This document shows, piece after piece, positions 1 through 35,898 of a stretch of DNA of 64,000 nucleotides. The stretch covers positions 17,050,001 through 17,114,000 of the forward strand of contig NW_027361747.1 in NCBI RefSeq assembly GCF_039654945.1. The letters run 5' to 3'. How positions within the stretch are numbered: the first letter of the stretch is position 1; the number at the start of each line of letters is the position of its first letter. The notes below the pieces were generated by a model, which saw only the letters and a list, made by a program, of their open reading frames with translations, did no database searches and was not told the DNA's origin. This stretch comes from Dendrobates tinctorius. Taxonomy: Eukaryota. A program made the translations under genes and the position numbers.

Positions 1-367
1 CACCCAGGTGATGGTCTCTGGAATCTCTCCAGTGGGTGCTGTCGTGGCGAAGAGTAAAAAGCCGGATTACTTACCGGTAATGCTCTTTTAATGAGTCCAC
101 GACAGCACCCGTTCACTTCCACCCCTAAAGATATCAATAGTTAAAGTATTACCAAATAATGGATAAGAAAGATGTTAAAATAAGAGAACATTGCCTAATC
201 CTTGGCGGTCCTTCTGGTACTCTGAAACGTAAAACTGAGGAGGAAAGGCGGACCGCCCCTTTTATCTTTCCTGTAGGGTTTCCTGTTCCAAATGGGCGGA
301 TCCGATACCTCCAGTGGGTGCTGTCGTGGACTCATTAAAAGAGCATTACCGGTAAGTAATCCGGCTT
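1..367 (+). mobile_element. DIRS1-like tyrosine-recombinase retrotransposon 3' end (ICR plus right ITR)
   Basis: 59-110 is the exact reverse complement of 316-367 (aagccggattacttaccggtaatgctc...gacagcaccc). The motif ccagtgggtgctgtcgtgg recurs at ~29 and ~311. This is the ICR/ITR architecture of DIRS1. Confidence 0.8.
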
Positions 368-438
368 ATCCCGTCCATGGGCATAGGGGCCCGGGTCCCA
401 TGGACGGGATAGTACGTCTCATGTCAGGAAGGGGTTAA
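368..438 (+). mobile_element. Right end of a piggyBac-like TTAA element, same family as 33191-38773
   Basis: 71 bp identical to 38707-38777; ends GAAGGGG-TTAA; contains a terminal hairpin. Confidence 0.85.
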
Positions 439-795
439 TCCTTATTTTGAGTTACTGATATGCTCGTGCTCCGGGGCGGCCTGTGGGGGTCTTCATGTGG
501 TGCTCGGATTACGTATTCATAATGCAGACTGCTGACAACAACCACAAGATGGATTTGATCAACCCAGGTATAATTGTAATCAGTGTAACGGCGCCGACCT
601 GACACTGTCTGTAGTTTACTGTGCACAATAATGCTGACAGGTTGTCTGTGTCTCTGATGCCACAGGTAGACTGATGTGTAAGATGTATAACACAGCCAGC
701 TCCAGCATGTAGGGACTTTTCCTAAGGAAGCAAAAGAAGGGCAGCAGATATTTAGGTCTTGAAATTGATCACTGCAAACCTCAGAGAAGATATAC

Positions 796-23005
<22,210 letters not shown>

Positions 23006-24058
23006 CTTATGGCTTCTTATGGAAGAGAACACAAAACCCCACACTTTAACCTTGTAGGAGACATTTGGAAGCTGGTGTGGTCTGCGAAAAGATGAGAAGT
23101 GATTAAGAGCGAGTCCGGACACCAATCAGGAAGGAAATTCGGTATATGACCGATTCGATCATCTCTAATTTACAGCCTATAATAGGACTCCTAATGATTA
23201 ACCTGCTGCTCGGTGAGCGGCTCCCAGAGTCCTCCGCGCCGGCTGATTCTCCTCCGTATTTACTTTATGCCGGTGTAATCGTGACCGGGCAGCTGCCAAG
23301 TTGCCAATTTAAGTAAACAACAGTCGAAAGCAAACAAAGTTCACTAGATGCGCGAGGAGAAAAACAAGACCTGACACAGCTCCGAGCAGACAGAGGAAAA
23401 ACAATAACAGACACTTTGTTTTTAGAGACACTTAAATGTAAAAAGAGAAGCAACAAAATACCCATCCAAGTAAAAGACAAATGTGCACTCCATTAAAGAG
23501 GACTTATCACCAGGTCAAAGAGTAGCCAGTTGTTCTTATTTTATATTTCTGAGGCTCTACTGAGTATGCTTTTTTTTTTTACTAAAGCCATCACACAGTT
23601 AAAAAGATACGGGCCTTTTTATTTAGTCTAATCTTCATAGTCTTTACCAAACCGGGGATGTTCACAGGGTAATTATGCGGAGCAGCCTAAAGACACATCC
23701 CGGAGGATCCTATGAAAAAACACCTCCTTGTAAAGACCATAAAATGATCAACTACTGCCCACTTTTCGCCTGCTGACCGGACCTTACTAATTCACTGCTG
23801 ATATAACTACTGTATATAAGACAAAAATCATCAGGCAGCATTTTCAGTGTTATCATAGGGATATGATTCCAATCCCCGCATACATCAATATCCCCACATT
23901 AAAGACACATCTGCCACTATTCAACCAAAGCAGATATCTATGCATTTGATTCCACTTTAAGCTCTCCATGGCTTCAATATACAAAAATGTCATCAGGACT
24001 CAGAAGCGTTTCTTTGACAGGGTAGATATTCTCTTTCTTAGGGTGGGTCCTGAATATG

Positions 24059-24060
<2 letters not shown>

Positions 24061-24119
<59 letters not shown>

Positions 24120-24134
24120 CACACACACACACAC
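24061..24134. repeat. (TA)n(CA)n compound microsatellite
   Basis: Direct observation. Confidence 0.95.
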
Positions 24135-24444
24135 TTTATGCAGCCAGTAACAAAATGATAATTAAAATGTGCATCTAAATGAGGCTTGATGGCTCACAGC
24201 CCTGTGTGTGAGAGGTGCCAACTCTAGCACTGTATCTGTGTAATTGCCCTTGTTACATTGTTGGTTGACAAGAACTTAATCAGGGACCATATATTGGGAA
24301 AATATGAATCTACAGAGTGCAGCTATCCTCACCAGGATCCATGCTTCAGCATTGCAGTGCTGTTTTTATCACCGGAGACTATTAATATTGACATTTGTGC
24401 CCATCCCCTTACCCACCAATCTTACAGCCAGCATCTGTGGTTAC

Positions 24445-24549
24445 CTTCTCTGTGTGTTCGGAGTGAAGGGTCTCCCCTGCAGTGCGGGTGGGTACCAAGA
24501 GAGGTAAATCTTCACAATCCTCCAGTCTTCAGCATCTTCAGATTAAACT
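24445..24549 (-). other. Candidate non-coding 5'-UTR exon of clock
   Basis: Unique sequence with acceptor ttattgtctttcttccag| and donor AAG|gtaacc (alternative donors at 24426 and 24413); splice-site appearance only. Confidence 0.3.
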
Positions 24550-25327
24550 CTGGAAGAAAGACAATAAATACAATTATGTTATCTTGAGTGCAGAGCTCTA
24601 CATACAACATGCGTGTTACAGCCATCCAAACGTGAGGATATGTCTGTATACAAGGGAACGTCGCCTTCTTTTCCTATCACTCCCATTAAACTTACAAAAA
24701 TGTACAGAAATCAAGTATCCTCCTATATGTTATTAAATCCAACATGCAGAATCGACAGAAAACTTGTAAATAGTTAGAAATGAATTGATGATTCACTGCC
24801 GAATATGGCACGCATTTCCATAGTTACTGTATCTGTGCCATCATTACAATATTTCCAGAGAGGCAGGGCAAGACGGGAGAATCTGTCACGAGTGGTACTA
24901 ACTCAGAGAGCTCTGTTGTACGGCAATCAGACACTGATATGTATAAAAAAAAATTAAATTATTTACTGCATAAAAATATCTCCGCAATACAGATGGTAAG
25001 AGTACTGGGAGCATGTGGCTTAATGGCTTTTGCTCAGGCTACAGGGGCATGGATATTGCGCTGCTCTCCTCTGGCAACCAGAGTCATTGCTAGAAGGGTA
25101 AGGCATCAAGTACACAAATAAAAGATTCATTAGAGGGATCACATTTTCTGCAAGAAGTAATGACCGTGAGACCTAATGTTCAAGCGATCTTCATGGCATG
25201 AGCAGAGTAAGCCACTGCCAGCCTCTTCTGAAGACGGCCTTCTCTTGGCAAAAGTAGAAGTCTAGGACATTATCATTCAAAATGATCAATCCTTCTCGGG
25301 AGGCTCCTGGTAAACATGTCATTGAAT

Positions 25328-28300
25328 CAGGGGTGGGCCATTAATTTTCCCGAGGGGCCACATGAGAGATCATGACTGTTGTAGAGGGCTGAACCAATAG
25401 CTTGAAATTAATTCTACTCAATATTAATATATTAATATTAATTGTATCACTTAATATTGAGCAGAATTAAGTATGCTGACACCCCCCTATATTATCTTTG
25501 AACCCAAGAACAGCCCCTTCTGTATATCGTATGAACCTCCCACAGTCCCTTATATACAGCATGAGCCTCATATAGAATGAACCTCACAGTCTCCACATAT
25601 ACAGCATGAAACCGCAAACAGCCTCCCCATATACAGCAAGAGCCTCACACAGCCTCCCCATATACAGCATGAGCCTCACACAGCCTCCCCATATACAGCA
25701 TGAGCCTCACACAGCCTCCCCATATACAGCATGAGCCTCACACAGCCTCCCCATATACAGCATGAGCCTCACACAGCCTCCCCATAGACAGCATGAGCCT
25801 CACACAGCCTCCCCATAGACAGCATGAGCCTCACACAGCCTCCTCATAGACAACATGAGCCTCACACAGCCTCCTCATAGACAACATGAGCCTCACACAG
25901 CCTCCCCATATACAGCATGAGCCTCACACAGCCTCCCCATATATAGCATGAGCCTCACACATCCTCCTCATATACAGCATAAGTCTCACACAGCCTCCTC
26001 ATATACAGCATGAGCCTCACACAACCTCCCCAAATACAGAATGAGCCCAACACAGTCTCCCTTTATACTGCATTAGCCCAACACAGCCTCCCTATACATT
26101 GCATGAGCCCAAGGCAGCCTCCCTATATACTGCAAGAGCCCCACAGCTTCCCCATATATAGCATGAGCCTCACACAGTCTCCTCATATGCAGCATGAGCC
26201 TCACACAGTCTCCCCATATACAGCATGAGCCTCACACAGCCTCCCCATATACAGCATGAGCCTCATACAGCCTCCCCATATACAGCATGAGCCTCACACA
26301 ACCTCCCCAAATACAGAATGAGCCCAACACAGTCTCCCTATATACTGCATGAGCCCAACACAGCCTCCCTATATACTGCATTAGCCCAACACAGCCTCCC
26401 TATATACTGCATGAGCCCCACAGCTTCCCCATATTTAGCATGAACCTCACACAGCCTCCTCATATGCAGCATGAGCCTCACCGTCTCCCCATATACAGCA
26501 TGAGCCTCACACAGCCTCCCCATATACAGCATGAGCCTCACACATCCTCCTCATATACATCATAAGTCTCACACAGCCTCCTCATATACAGCATGAGCCT
26601 CACACAACCTCCCCAAATACAGAATGAGCCCAACACAGTCTCCCTATATACTGCATGAGCCCAACACAGCCTCCCTATATACTGCATTAGCCCAACACAG
26701 CCTCCCTATATACTGCATGAGCCCAACACAGCCTCCCTATATACTGCATGAGCCCAACACAGCCTCCCTATATACTGCATGAGCCCCACAGCTTCCCCAT
26801 ATATAGCATGAGCCTCACACAGCCTCCTCATATGCAGCATGAGCCTCACAGTCTCCCCATATACAGCATGAGCCTCACACAGCCTCCCCATATACAGCAT
26901 GAGCCTCACACAGCCTCCCCATATACAGCATGAGCCTCACACAGCCTCCCCATATACAGCATGAGCCTCACACAGCCTCCCCATATACAGCATGAGCCTC
27001 ACACAGCCTCCCCATATATAGCATGAGCCTCACACAGCCTCCCCATATAAAGCATGAGCCTCACACAGCCTCCTCATATACAGCATGAGTCTCACACAGC
27101 CTCCTCATACAGCATGAGCCTCACACAGCCTCCCTATATATACACTGCATGAGCCTCACACAGCCTCCCCATATACAGCATGAGCCTCACACAACCTCCC
27201 CAAATACAGAATGAGCCCAACACAGCCTCCCTAAATATACTGCATTAGCTAAACACAGCCTCCCTATATACTGCATGAGCCCAACACAGCCTCCCTATAT
27301 ACTGCATTAGCCCAACACAGCCTCCCTATATACTGCATGAGCCCCACACAGCTTCCCCATATATTGCATGAGCCCCACACAGCCTCCCTATATATACACT
27401 GCATGAGCCTCACATAGCCTCCCCATATACAGCATGAGCCCCACACAGCCTCCCTATATATACACTGCATGAGCCCCACACAGCCTCCCTATATATACAC
27501 TGCATGAGCCCCACACAGCCTTCCCATATACAGCATGAGCCCCACACAGCCTTCCCATATACTGCATGAGGTCCCATAGCCTCACCATGTACAGCACGTC
27601 ACCCCCGTAGCCTCCCCACGTGCAGCATGTCACCCTCGTAGCATCCCATGTTCTGCAAGATAACCCCAAAGCTTCCCCATGCAGAGCATGTCACCCCCAT
27701 AGCTTCCCCATGCAGAGCATGTCACCCCCATAGCTTCCCCATGCAGAGAATGTCACCCCCATAGCTTCCCATGTGCTACATGTCACCCCCATAGCCTCCC
27801 CATGTGCTACATGTCACCCCCATAGCCTCCCCATGTGCTACATGTCACCCCCATAGCCTCCCCATGTGCTACATGTCACCCCCATAGCCTCCCCATGTGC
27901 TACATGTCACCCCCATAGCCTCCCCATGTGCTACATGTCACCTCCATAGCCTCCCCATGTTCTGCATGACAGCCCCATAGAATCCCCATGTGCTGTCTAC
28001 CACCCCCCCATTGAATCCCCATGTACTGTCTGCCACCCCCATAGAATCCCCATGTGCTGTCTGCCACCCCCCATAGAATCCCCATGTGCTGTCTGCCACC
28101 CCCCATAGAATCCCCATGTGCTGTCTGCCACCCCCCATAGAATCCCCATGTGCTGTCTGCCACCCCCCATAGAATCCCCATGTGCTGTCTGCCACCCCCC
28201 ATAGAATCCCCATGTGCTGTCTGCCACCCCCCATAGAATCCCCATGTGCTGTCTGCCACCCCCCATAGAATCCCCATGTGCTGTCTGCCACCCCCCATAG

Positions 28301-28910
28301 AATCCCCATGTGCTGTCTGCCACCCCCCATAGAATCCCCATGTGCTGTCTGCCACCCCCCATAGAATCCCCATGTGCTGTCTGCCACCCCCCATAGAATC
28401 CCCATGTGCTGTCTGCCACCCCCCATAGAATCCCCATGTGCTGTCTGCCACCCCCCATAGAATCCCCATGTGCTGTCTGCCACCCCCCATAGAATCCCCA
28501 TGTGCTGTCTGCCACCCCCCATAGAATCCCCATGTGCTGTCTGCCACCCCCCATAGAATCCCCATGTACTGTCTGCCACCCCCCATAGAATCCCCATGTA
28601 CTGTTTGCCACCCCCATAGAATCCCCATGTGCTGTATGTCACCCCCATGGAATCCCCATGTGCTGTATGTCACCCCTATAGAATCCCCTTGTGCTGTCTG
28701 TCACCCATATAGAATCCCCATGTTCACCCCCATAGAATCCCCATGTTCACACACATGAAAAAAAAAAAATAAAAAACACCACATACTCACCTTTGTCTCG
28801 TTCCCAGGCGCTCTGCTCTTCTCTCTGGCGGTACACAGCTGATACAATGAGATGATGTCATTGTGTCAGCTATTTCACATGCTGATTGGTGGAGGAAATG
28901 GCCAGAGAAC
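25328..28910 (+). mobile_element. hAT (Charlie-like) non-autonomous element inflated by an internal minisatellite; right end lost
   Basis: Left end CAGGGGTGGGCCATTAATTTTCCCGAGGGGCCACAT; no matching right TIR seen. Confidence 0.55.
25550..28750. repeat. 3.2-kb 31/32-bp minisatellite with graded unit variants
   Basis: cagcatgagcctcacacagcctccccatata (31), then catgtcacccccatagcctccccatgtgcta (31), then atagaatccccatgtgctgtctgccacccccc (32; 16 identical copies at 28041-28552). Confidence 0.97.
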
Positions 28911-28911
28911 A

Positions 28912-29100
28912 CAGGGTGGCACATGTTAAGGAGCTGAAACTCCTAAACCCTTCATCCAATTTTAATGTGGATACCCTCAAATGAAAGCTGAAAGTCTGAA
29001 CTTCAACTGCATCTGAATTGTTTTGTTAAAATTCATTGTGGTAATGTCTAGAACCAAAATTAGAAAAATGTCTCTGTCCAAATATATATGGACCTGACTG
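28912..29100. mobile_element. Tc1 terminal fragment
   Basis: Ends tgtccaaatatatatggacctgactg-TA. Confidence 0.7.
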
Positions 29101-30884
29101 TATCTATCCTATGAATAGGTAATGAGTGACCATTATGGAAAAAGCCTTCAAAATGCTGCAGAGTAAAACTCCCCAGTAATTAGCATCCAGGTTCAGGGCC
29201 AGCGTCACCACCTGGCGCACCCAGGCAAGTGCGGGGACCCACTGGCCATCGGGGACACCGTTCGTGCAGTTTGCGGGCATCCATTTTCCGTTGAGTCTGA
29301 TCCTGCTCTTGGGTATCCATCCTGCTAATGCCGCCCATCACTTGCTCCTTACGGATGTGCGGCAATTGCAGGGGGTGGGGCCCTTGCCGTGAGATTCCAT
29401 CAAAAAAGTACCAGGGAGGACACCCTCACGCCTCACGTCAGGCAGTAGCGCAGCAGCATCCTGGGCTCCTGGTGGCTCTAAGTTCCTCTCCCAGACAGTG
29501 CTCCCACCTTTTCTGGCTGTAAGCAAAAGGATGAAGTGGGGGTGTCATATACGTGAAGGAGGAGGCAGGCTAGGCCCTGGTGGAGTGATTTATGTGAAGG
29601 ATGAGGGTGGCAGGCTGGGCCCTGTGAGGGGCCACTGAGAGACTCTCGTCCGGGGCCGGCCCACGAAAACGTGGAGACGGCCCTATTCAGGGGCCAAAAA
29701 GTAAAAACCTGTGAGCTTCATTTTGTGGTAATAAGAGACCACAAACCTAATAATGAAACGAGCCGGACCGATTTTCTCATTTGTAGAGAAAATGGTCAAC
29801 TGCACTAACAATAAGGGGATTTACTAGGCGAGTGCTTGGTCTTCTATCGTTTTACCCTATTTTCTAGCCATGGACAAATTCACCTGATCCCAGAAAACTC
29901 CCTGAACAAACCAAGTTACTAATGTTGTAACTCCAGCTACATGCCTTCTCACAGAAGCTCAGCATTCTTCTCACCTACTATCCATTTTAACTTATTCCAC
30001 AATATTCTGAACAAATCTGCAAAATCAATAGATGTTAAAAAGATGTGTTTTGCAGCATAATAGGATCTGGTCTGATCGGATATTAATGCAGCTTGCAGAA
30101 CAAAGCAGGACACATATCGATCTGCAGAAATACAAATGCAGCCTCATTCAGAAAACAAGCTACTACAATTTTATGACTGTGTCGGCTTGTACCGGTGACA
30201 TGAGGGGTCAGTTCCATGACTTTTAGAATAGAGTAATTGTTTTTACCCTACACAGTCTTGAGAGGAGGCTCTGGATTGTGTATTCTCGATATCGGATGGA
30301 AACATTAGTACCAAAGACTGCCACTATTGTCATCCACACGCCCTGTCGTAAAAAGCACGTATGAACGAGAGCCTTAAAAAGAACCTGCCAACTGATACGT
30401 GATGCCCGTGGAGCAGGCAGCATGCATCAGACACTGGCTGTATGATTACCTCTAGGTATGGTCAACTATGGAACACTACTGCGTTTCAGAGAAAAAACAG
30501 TTAAACTCTGCCGGGGACCGAGCCGCATGACAGACTAGTCGGACAGGTGCGTCCTCCATTGCCTTTTCCCTGCCCTGCAGTGACAGGTCTCACCCAGTGG
30601 GACCTGTCTAACTTGGGAGAAGACAAGTAGGCACTCGTACGGCTCAATCCCTAGCAGCTTTTAAGCTATGCTTTTCTCTGAAACAATACAGCATTACAGA
30701 GTTAAGCATACATGGCTTCAATGCCACCGTCTGATATATGCCGGCTGTGCATCAGGCAGGACGCGTCAGCTTCCCATTAGGAGCGTTTCGACGGGCAGCT
30801 ATACCGACTAAAATGAGCACATATTGATGTCAGCACAATGACTCGGTGATTAACACTGTTAATTTGCAGGGCTGGAGTCCTGGG

Positions 30885-31110
30885 TAGAGTTAAGCGAATA
30901 TGTTCGAAATTTGTCTCCGAAGCTGAACTTGCCATATTCGTGACATATTGGTACCCTATTCGTGCCGAATTTATGATTGAGGATCGATTCTGAACATATT
31001 CGGTCATTTCTATTCCCATTGACTCCAATGACATTCGGCGAATATTACAAAAACAAAATTCGCCGCTGATCGTATTCGGAACCGAATTTTGAAAAATTTG
31101 CTCAACTCTA
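30885..31110. mobile_element. hAT-type MITE inserted in a V-SINE (~30832-31270)
   Basis: TIR TAGAGTTAAGCGAA...TTTGCTCAACTCTA; perfect 8-bp TSD GTCCTGGG. Confidence 0.85.
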
Positions 31111-31274
31111 GTCCTGGGCTCAAACCCTCCCCCTGGGTAACTTTGTTTTCCTCCAACACTGCAAAGACACTCTTATAGGGAATTTAGATTGTGAGCCCTA
31201 ATGTGGACAGTAATGATAATGTCTGTAAAGTGCAGTGGAATATGATGGTGCTGCGTAAGCGAGAAAAAAATAAT

Positions 31275-32055
31275 TATATTTCTATAGCGCCAACATATTC
31301 CACAGAACTTTACAATTAAGGGGAGACATGTACAGACACAAGACATTTCAAAGTAACTCATAGTTCAACAGTTACCGAAGGAGCGAGGACCCTGCTCGCA
31401 TGATTACAACCTATGAGGGAATAAGGGGGACACAAGAGGTAAAAAGTGCTAGTCACATATGGCTCGGCCATCATAATAAATATGGGTTTTTTGATATAAA
31501 GCTGCATGATCAGGTCATCAGCCATTATAAGTACAGTTGCCAAGTGCTACTCCTGGGCGCATGGAGGATGTGGAGTCAGGAATAGGAGGAAGCAGATTGT
31601 GGGTAAAATGTAGAAAGTTGGAACAGGGAAGAGTTAGATTACTGAAGTGAGATGATAGTCCTGTCTAAAGTGATGTTTTTAAAACACGCTTAAAAATGAG
31701 AGGACTAGGTATTAATGAGATGGTCTGAGGTAGTAAATTCCAGTTAACTGTCACAGCATGAGAGAAGTCTTGGAGATGGAAGTAGGAGGTTTGGATTGTG
31801 AATGATGCTAGTCTTACATCAGTTGCAGAACGGAGAGTACGGATAGGGTCATAGAGATAAGGGAAGAGATGTACAGTAGTGCAGAACTGTGGAAAGCTTA
31901 GTGAATGAGAGAGATAAGATATTGCACTCTGCAGCAAATGGGTAACAAGTGCAATGACTGGCACAGGGTGGAGGCATCGGTGTAGTGGCTGGATAGAAAT
32001 TCATCCCTGGCTGCTGCATTCAGGATGGATTAGAGAAAGTCTGGTAAGAGGAAGA
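31275..32055 (-). mobile_element. L2 LINE 3' fragment
   Basis: ORF2 C-terminus RTLRSA...WNLLP...FKRVLKT plus 3' tail ggaatatgttggcgctata. Confidence 0.8.
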
Positions 32056-35000
32056 CAGATACAAAAAAAATGATGTAGCAAGTCGATTTGTATGTTATAC
32101 TAACCAAAAATTCCCCCACACACATTAACAAATTGGATCGTTGCCAGCTGAACATTCATACATCTTCCAGCCCCCATACACAGAACACTTGGCTCAACTG
32201 AGCCTTCCTGTTTGCTCTATGAGAAAATTATTGTCATACTCGGCAGCAACTTTTATCCCAGAGACCGAAAAGATCAGCTGTCGCAAACCCAACGTGTCGT
32301 ACATTCTTTTCCTTGACATTATCTGTACACAAAATCAATAATCATCATAAACGGTTATGGCCAGCTTTAGTCTGATTTGTATGGGGGCATATATTTGTTC
32401 GCAGAAATATTGTCCCTTTTCCCCATTACCAACAGCAGATAGCTGCCCACTTGCACATGGGGATGTGTGACAAACAATTACCACAATTTTGCAATAATAG
32501 TGATGTGAATGACAGATTACACAAGTGATCGTTCGGGTGCTGATGGTCCTTTGCAATAATCGTGCTACAGTTGTGATTTAACATACTAACCTCCCTCCTC
32601 TCTTTCAAAGGCAGTGATTAAAGATGGCAGTAATGGAGACTGCGGTAGCGACGTCCATTCTATAAAAAGTGCTGATCTCACTGACACAGGCGCCTGTCAC
32701 AAGCGAAGAAAGCCTCCTTTACTAGATACTGTGGGAATATCATCATAACACAGGGCTGTGTAAACAGACCTGAAGGGATTTATCTGGCGCAGGCTGTAAA
32801 AGAGCAAGTCAATGAACTCGCTTATTCTCCAGTGTCCTAGTAACCTGCTGGCCCAGTTACCTACTTTCCTCTACACATGCTCGCATAGCTTCAGGTTTGT
32901 ATTTATGAACAGGACGAAACAAAAATGTTTAACCAGACTTCACTGTTAATGATCAGACAGTTTTAGGTTTTTTTTTTTTAGTAGTAGCACGTCTAAAAGT
33001 CAATTTTTTTTCTTGATCAAAGACTTTTTACTGCTTGCAATGTCATTTTGTTTTATTAAATTGTGGGTTAAAACTTAAAGCATTATTTACTAGGCACAAG
33101 GAGAGGCGAATTCAGGGTCCATCTGACATGGTCACCGTCGCTGACACTTGGCTCGTACAATTTTGAAAGACACCTAAATATATCCCTTAACCCCTTCACC
33201 CCCAAGGGTGGTTTGCACGTTCATGACCGGGCCAATTTTTACAATTCTGACCACTGTACCTTTATGAGGTCATAACTCTGGAACGCTTCCATGGATCCCG
33301 GTGATTCTGACATTGTTTTCTCGTGACAAATTGTACTTCATGTTAGTGGTAAAATTTCATTCAAATAACTTGCGTTTATTTGTGAGAAAAACGGAAATTT
33401 GGCGAAAATTTTGAAAATTTCGCAATTTTCCAACTTTGAATTTTTATGCCCTTAAATCACAGAGATACGGCACACAAAAAACTTGATAACTAACATTTCC
33501 CACATGTTTACTTTACATCAGCACAATTTTGGAACCAACATTTTTTTTTGTTAGGAAGTTATAAGGGTTAAAAGTTGACCAGCGATTTCTCATTTTTACA
33601 ACACCATTTTATTTTTAGGACCACATCACATTTGAAGCCACTTTGAGGGGTCTATATGATAGAAAATTCCCAAAAGTGACACCATTCTAAAAACTGCACC
33701 CCTTAAAGTGCTCAAAACCACATTCAAGAAGTTTATTAACCCTTTAGGTGCGTCACAGGAATTTTTTTGAATATTTAAAAAAAAATGATCTAACTTTTTT
33801 TCATAAAAAAAATACTTCAGGTTCAATTTTTTTTATTTTACCAAGGGTAACAGGAGAAACTGGACTGCAAAAGTTATTGTGCAATTTGTACTGAGTACGA
33901 AGATACCTGATATGTGGGGGGGGAACCACTGTTTCGGTGCATGGCAGAGCTCAGAATGGAAGGAGCGCCGTTTGACTTTTTCAATGCAAAATTGGCTGGA
34001 ATTCAGATTGGACGCCATGTCACGTTTGGAGAGTCCCTGATGTACCTAAACAGTGGAAACCCCCTACAAGTGACCCCATTTTGGAAACTAGACCCCCCAA
34101 GGAACTTATCTAGATATGTGGTGAGAACTTTGAACCCACAAGGGCTTTACAGAAGTTTATAACGTACAGCGGTACAATTAAAAAATCATATTTTTTCCAC
34201 AAAAATGATCTTTTCACCCTCAATTCTTATTTTTCCAAGGGTAACAGGACCGTAAAAGTTATTGTGCAATTTGTCCTGAGTACGCTGATACCCCACATGT
34301 GGGGGTAAACCACTATTTGGGCGCATGGCAGAGCTCGGAAGGGAAGCAGCGCCATTTGACGTTTTTGCCTGGAATTGAGATCGGACACCATGTCGCGTTT
34401 GGAAAACTCCTGACGTACCAAAACAGTGGAAACCCCCCACAAATGACACCATTTTGGAAACTAGACCCCCTAAGGAACTTATCTAGATGTGTGGTGAGCA
34501 CTTTGACCCCCCCAGTGCTTCACAGAAGTTTATAATGCCCGGGCGTGAAAATAAAAAATTTGTGTTTTTCCCACAAACATGATCTTTTAGTCACCTTTTT
34601 TTTATTTTCCCAAGGGTACCAGGAGAAATTGGACCCCAAAAGTTGTTGTCCAATTTGTCCTGAGTATGCTGATACCCCATATGTGGGAGAAAACTACTGT
34701 ATGGGCACACGTCGGGGCTCGGAAGGGAAGTAGTGACGTTTTGGAATGCAGACTTTGATGGAATGGTCTGCGGGTTCATGTTGCCTTTGGAGAGCCCCTA
34801 ATGTACCTAAACAGTGGAAACCCCCCACAAATGACCCCATTTTGAAAACTAGACCCACTATGGAACTTATCTAGATGTGAGGTGAGCACTTTGAACCCCC
34901 AAGAGCTTCACAGAAGTTTATAATGCCAGGGCATGAAAATAAAATCGTATTTTTTCCAGAAACATGATCAATTAGTCCCCAATTTTTTCATTTTCCCAAG

Positions 35001-35614
35001 GGTAACAGGAGAAATTGGACCCCCAAAAGTTGTTGTCCAATTTGGCCTGAGTACGCTGACACCCCATATGTGGGAGAAAACTACTGTATGGACACACGTC
35101 GGGGCTCGGAAGGGAAGCAGTGACGTTTTGGAATGCAGACTTTGATGGAATGGTCTGCGGGTGTCATGTGTGTTTGGAGAGCCCCTGATGTACCTAAACT
35201 ATTGAAACTCCCCACAAGTGACCCCATTTTGGACACTAGACCCCCCACGGAACTTATCTAGATGTGTGGTGAGCACTTTGAACCCCCAAGTGCTTCACAG
35301 AAGTTTATAACACTCGGACGTGAAAATAAAAAAATCATTTTTTTCCACAAAAATGATATTTTTGCCAATTTTTTATTTTCTTAAGGGTAACAGGAGAAAT
35401 TGGACCCCAAAAATTGTTTTGCAATTTGTCCTGAGTAGATTGATACCCTACATGTGGGGTAAAACACTGTTTGGGCGCGTGGCAGAGCTTGGAAGGGAAG
35501 GAGCAACATTTGACTTTTTCCAACTCAGAATTGGCTGGAATTGAGATCAGACGCCATGTTGCATTTGGAGAGCCCCTGATGTGCCCAAACAGTGGAAACC
35601 CCCCAATTATAACT

Positions 35615-35689
35615 CCAACCCTAACCCCAACACACCCCTAACCCTAATCTGAGCCCTAACCCTAGCCCTAACCCTAGCCCTAACCCTAA
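35615..35689 (+). repeat. Degenerate telomere-like (CCCTAA/CCCTAG)n tract inside the TTAA element
   Basis: ccctaaccctagccctaaccctagccctaaccctaa. Confidence 0.8.
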
Positions 35690-35898
35690 TGGGAAAATGG
35701 AGATAAATACTTTTTTTTAAAATTTTATTATTTTTCCCTAACTAAGGGGGTGATGACGGGGGGTTTGATTTACTATTTATGGCGGTTTTTATATTTGGCA
35801 GCTGTCGCACGCTAAAAGACACTTTTTATTGTAAAAATAGTTTTTGCATCACCACATATTGAGAGCTATAATTTTTCCGTATTTTGACCCACCGAGTC

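Noticed and set aside
27900-28673. 206-257 aa ORFs in all three minus frames
   Set aside because: Product of a stop-free 32-bp minisatellite; no splice or homology support
35615-35689. Chromosome-fusion telomere relic
   Set aside because: Short, degenerate, single orientation, and internal to a transposon
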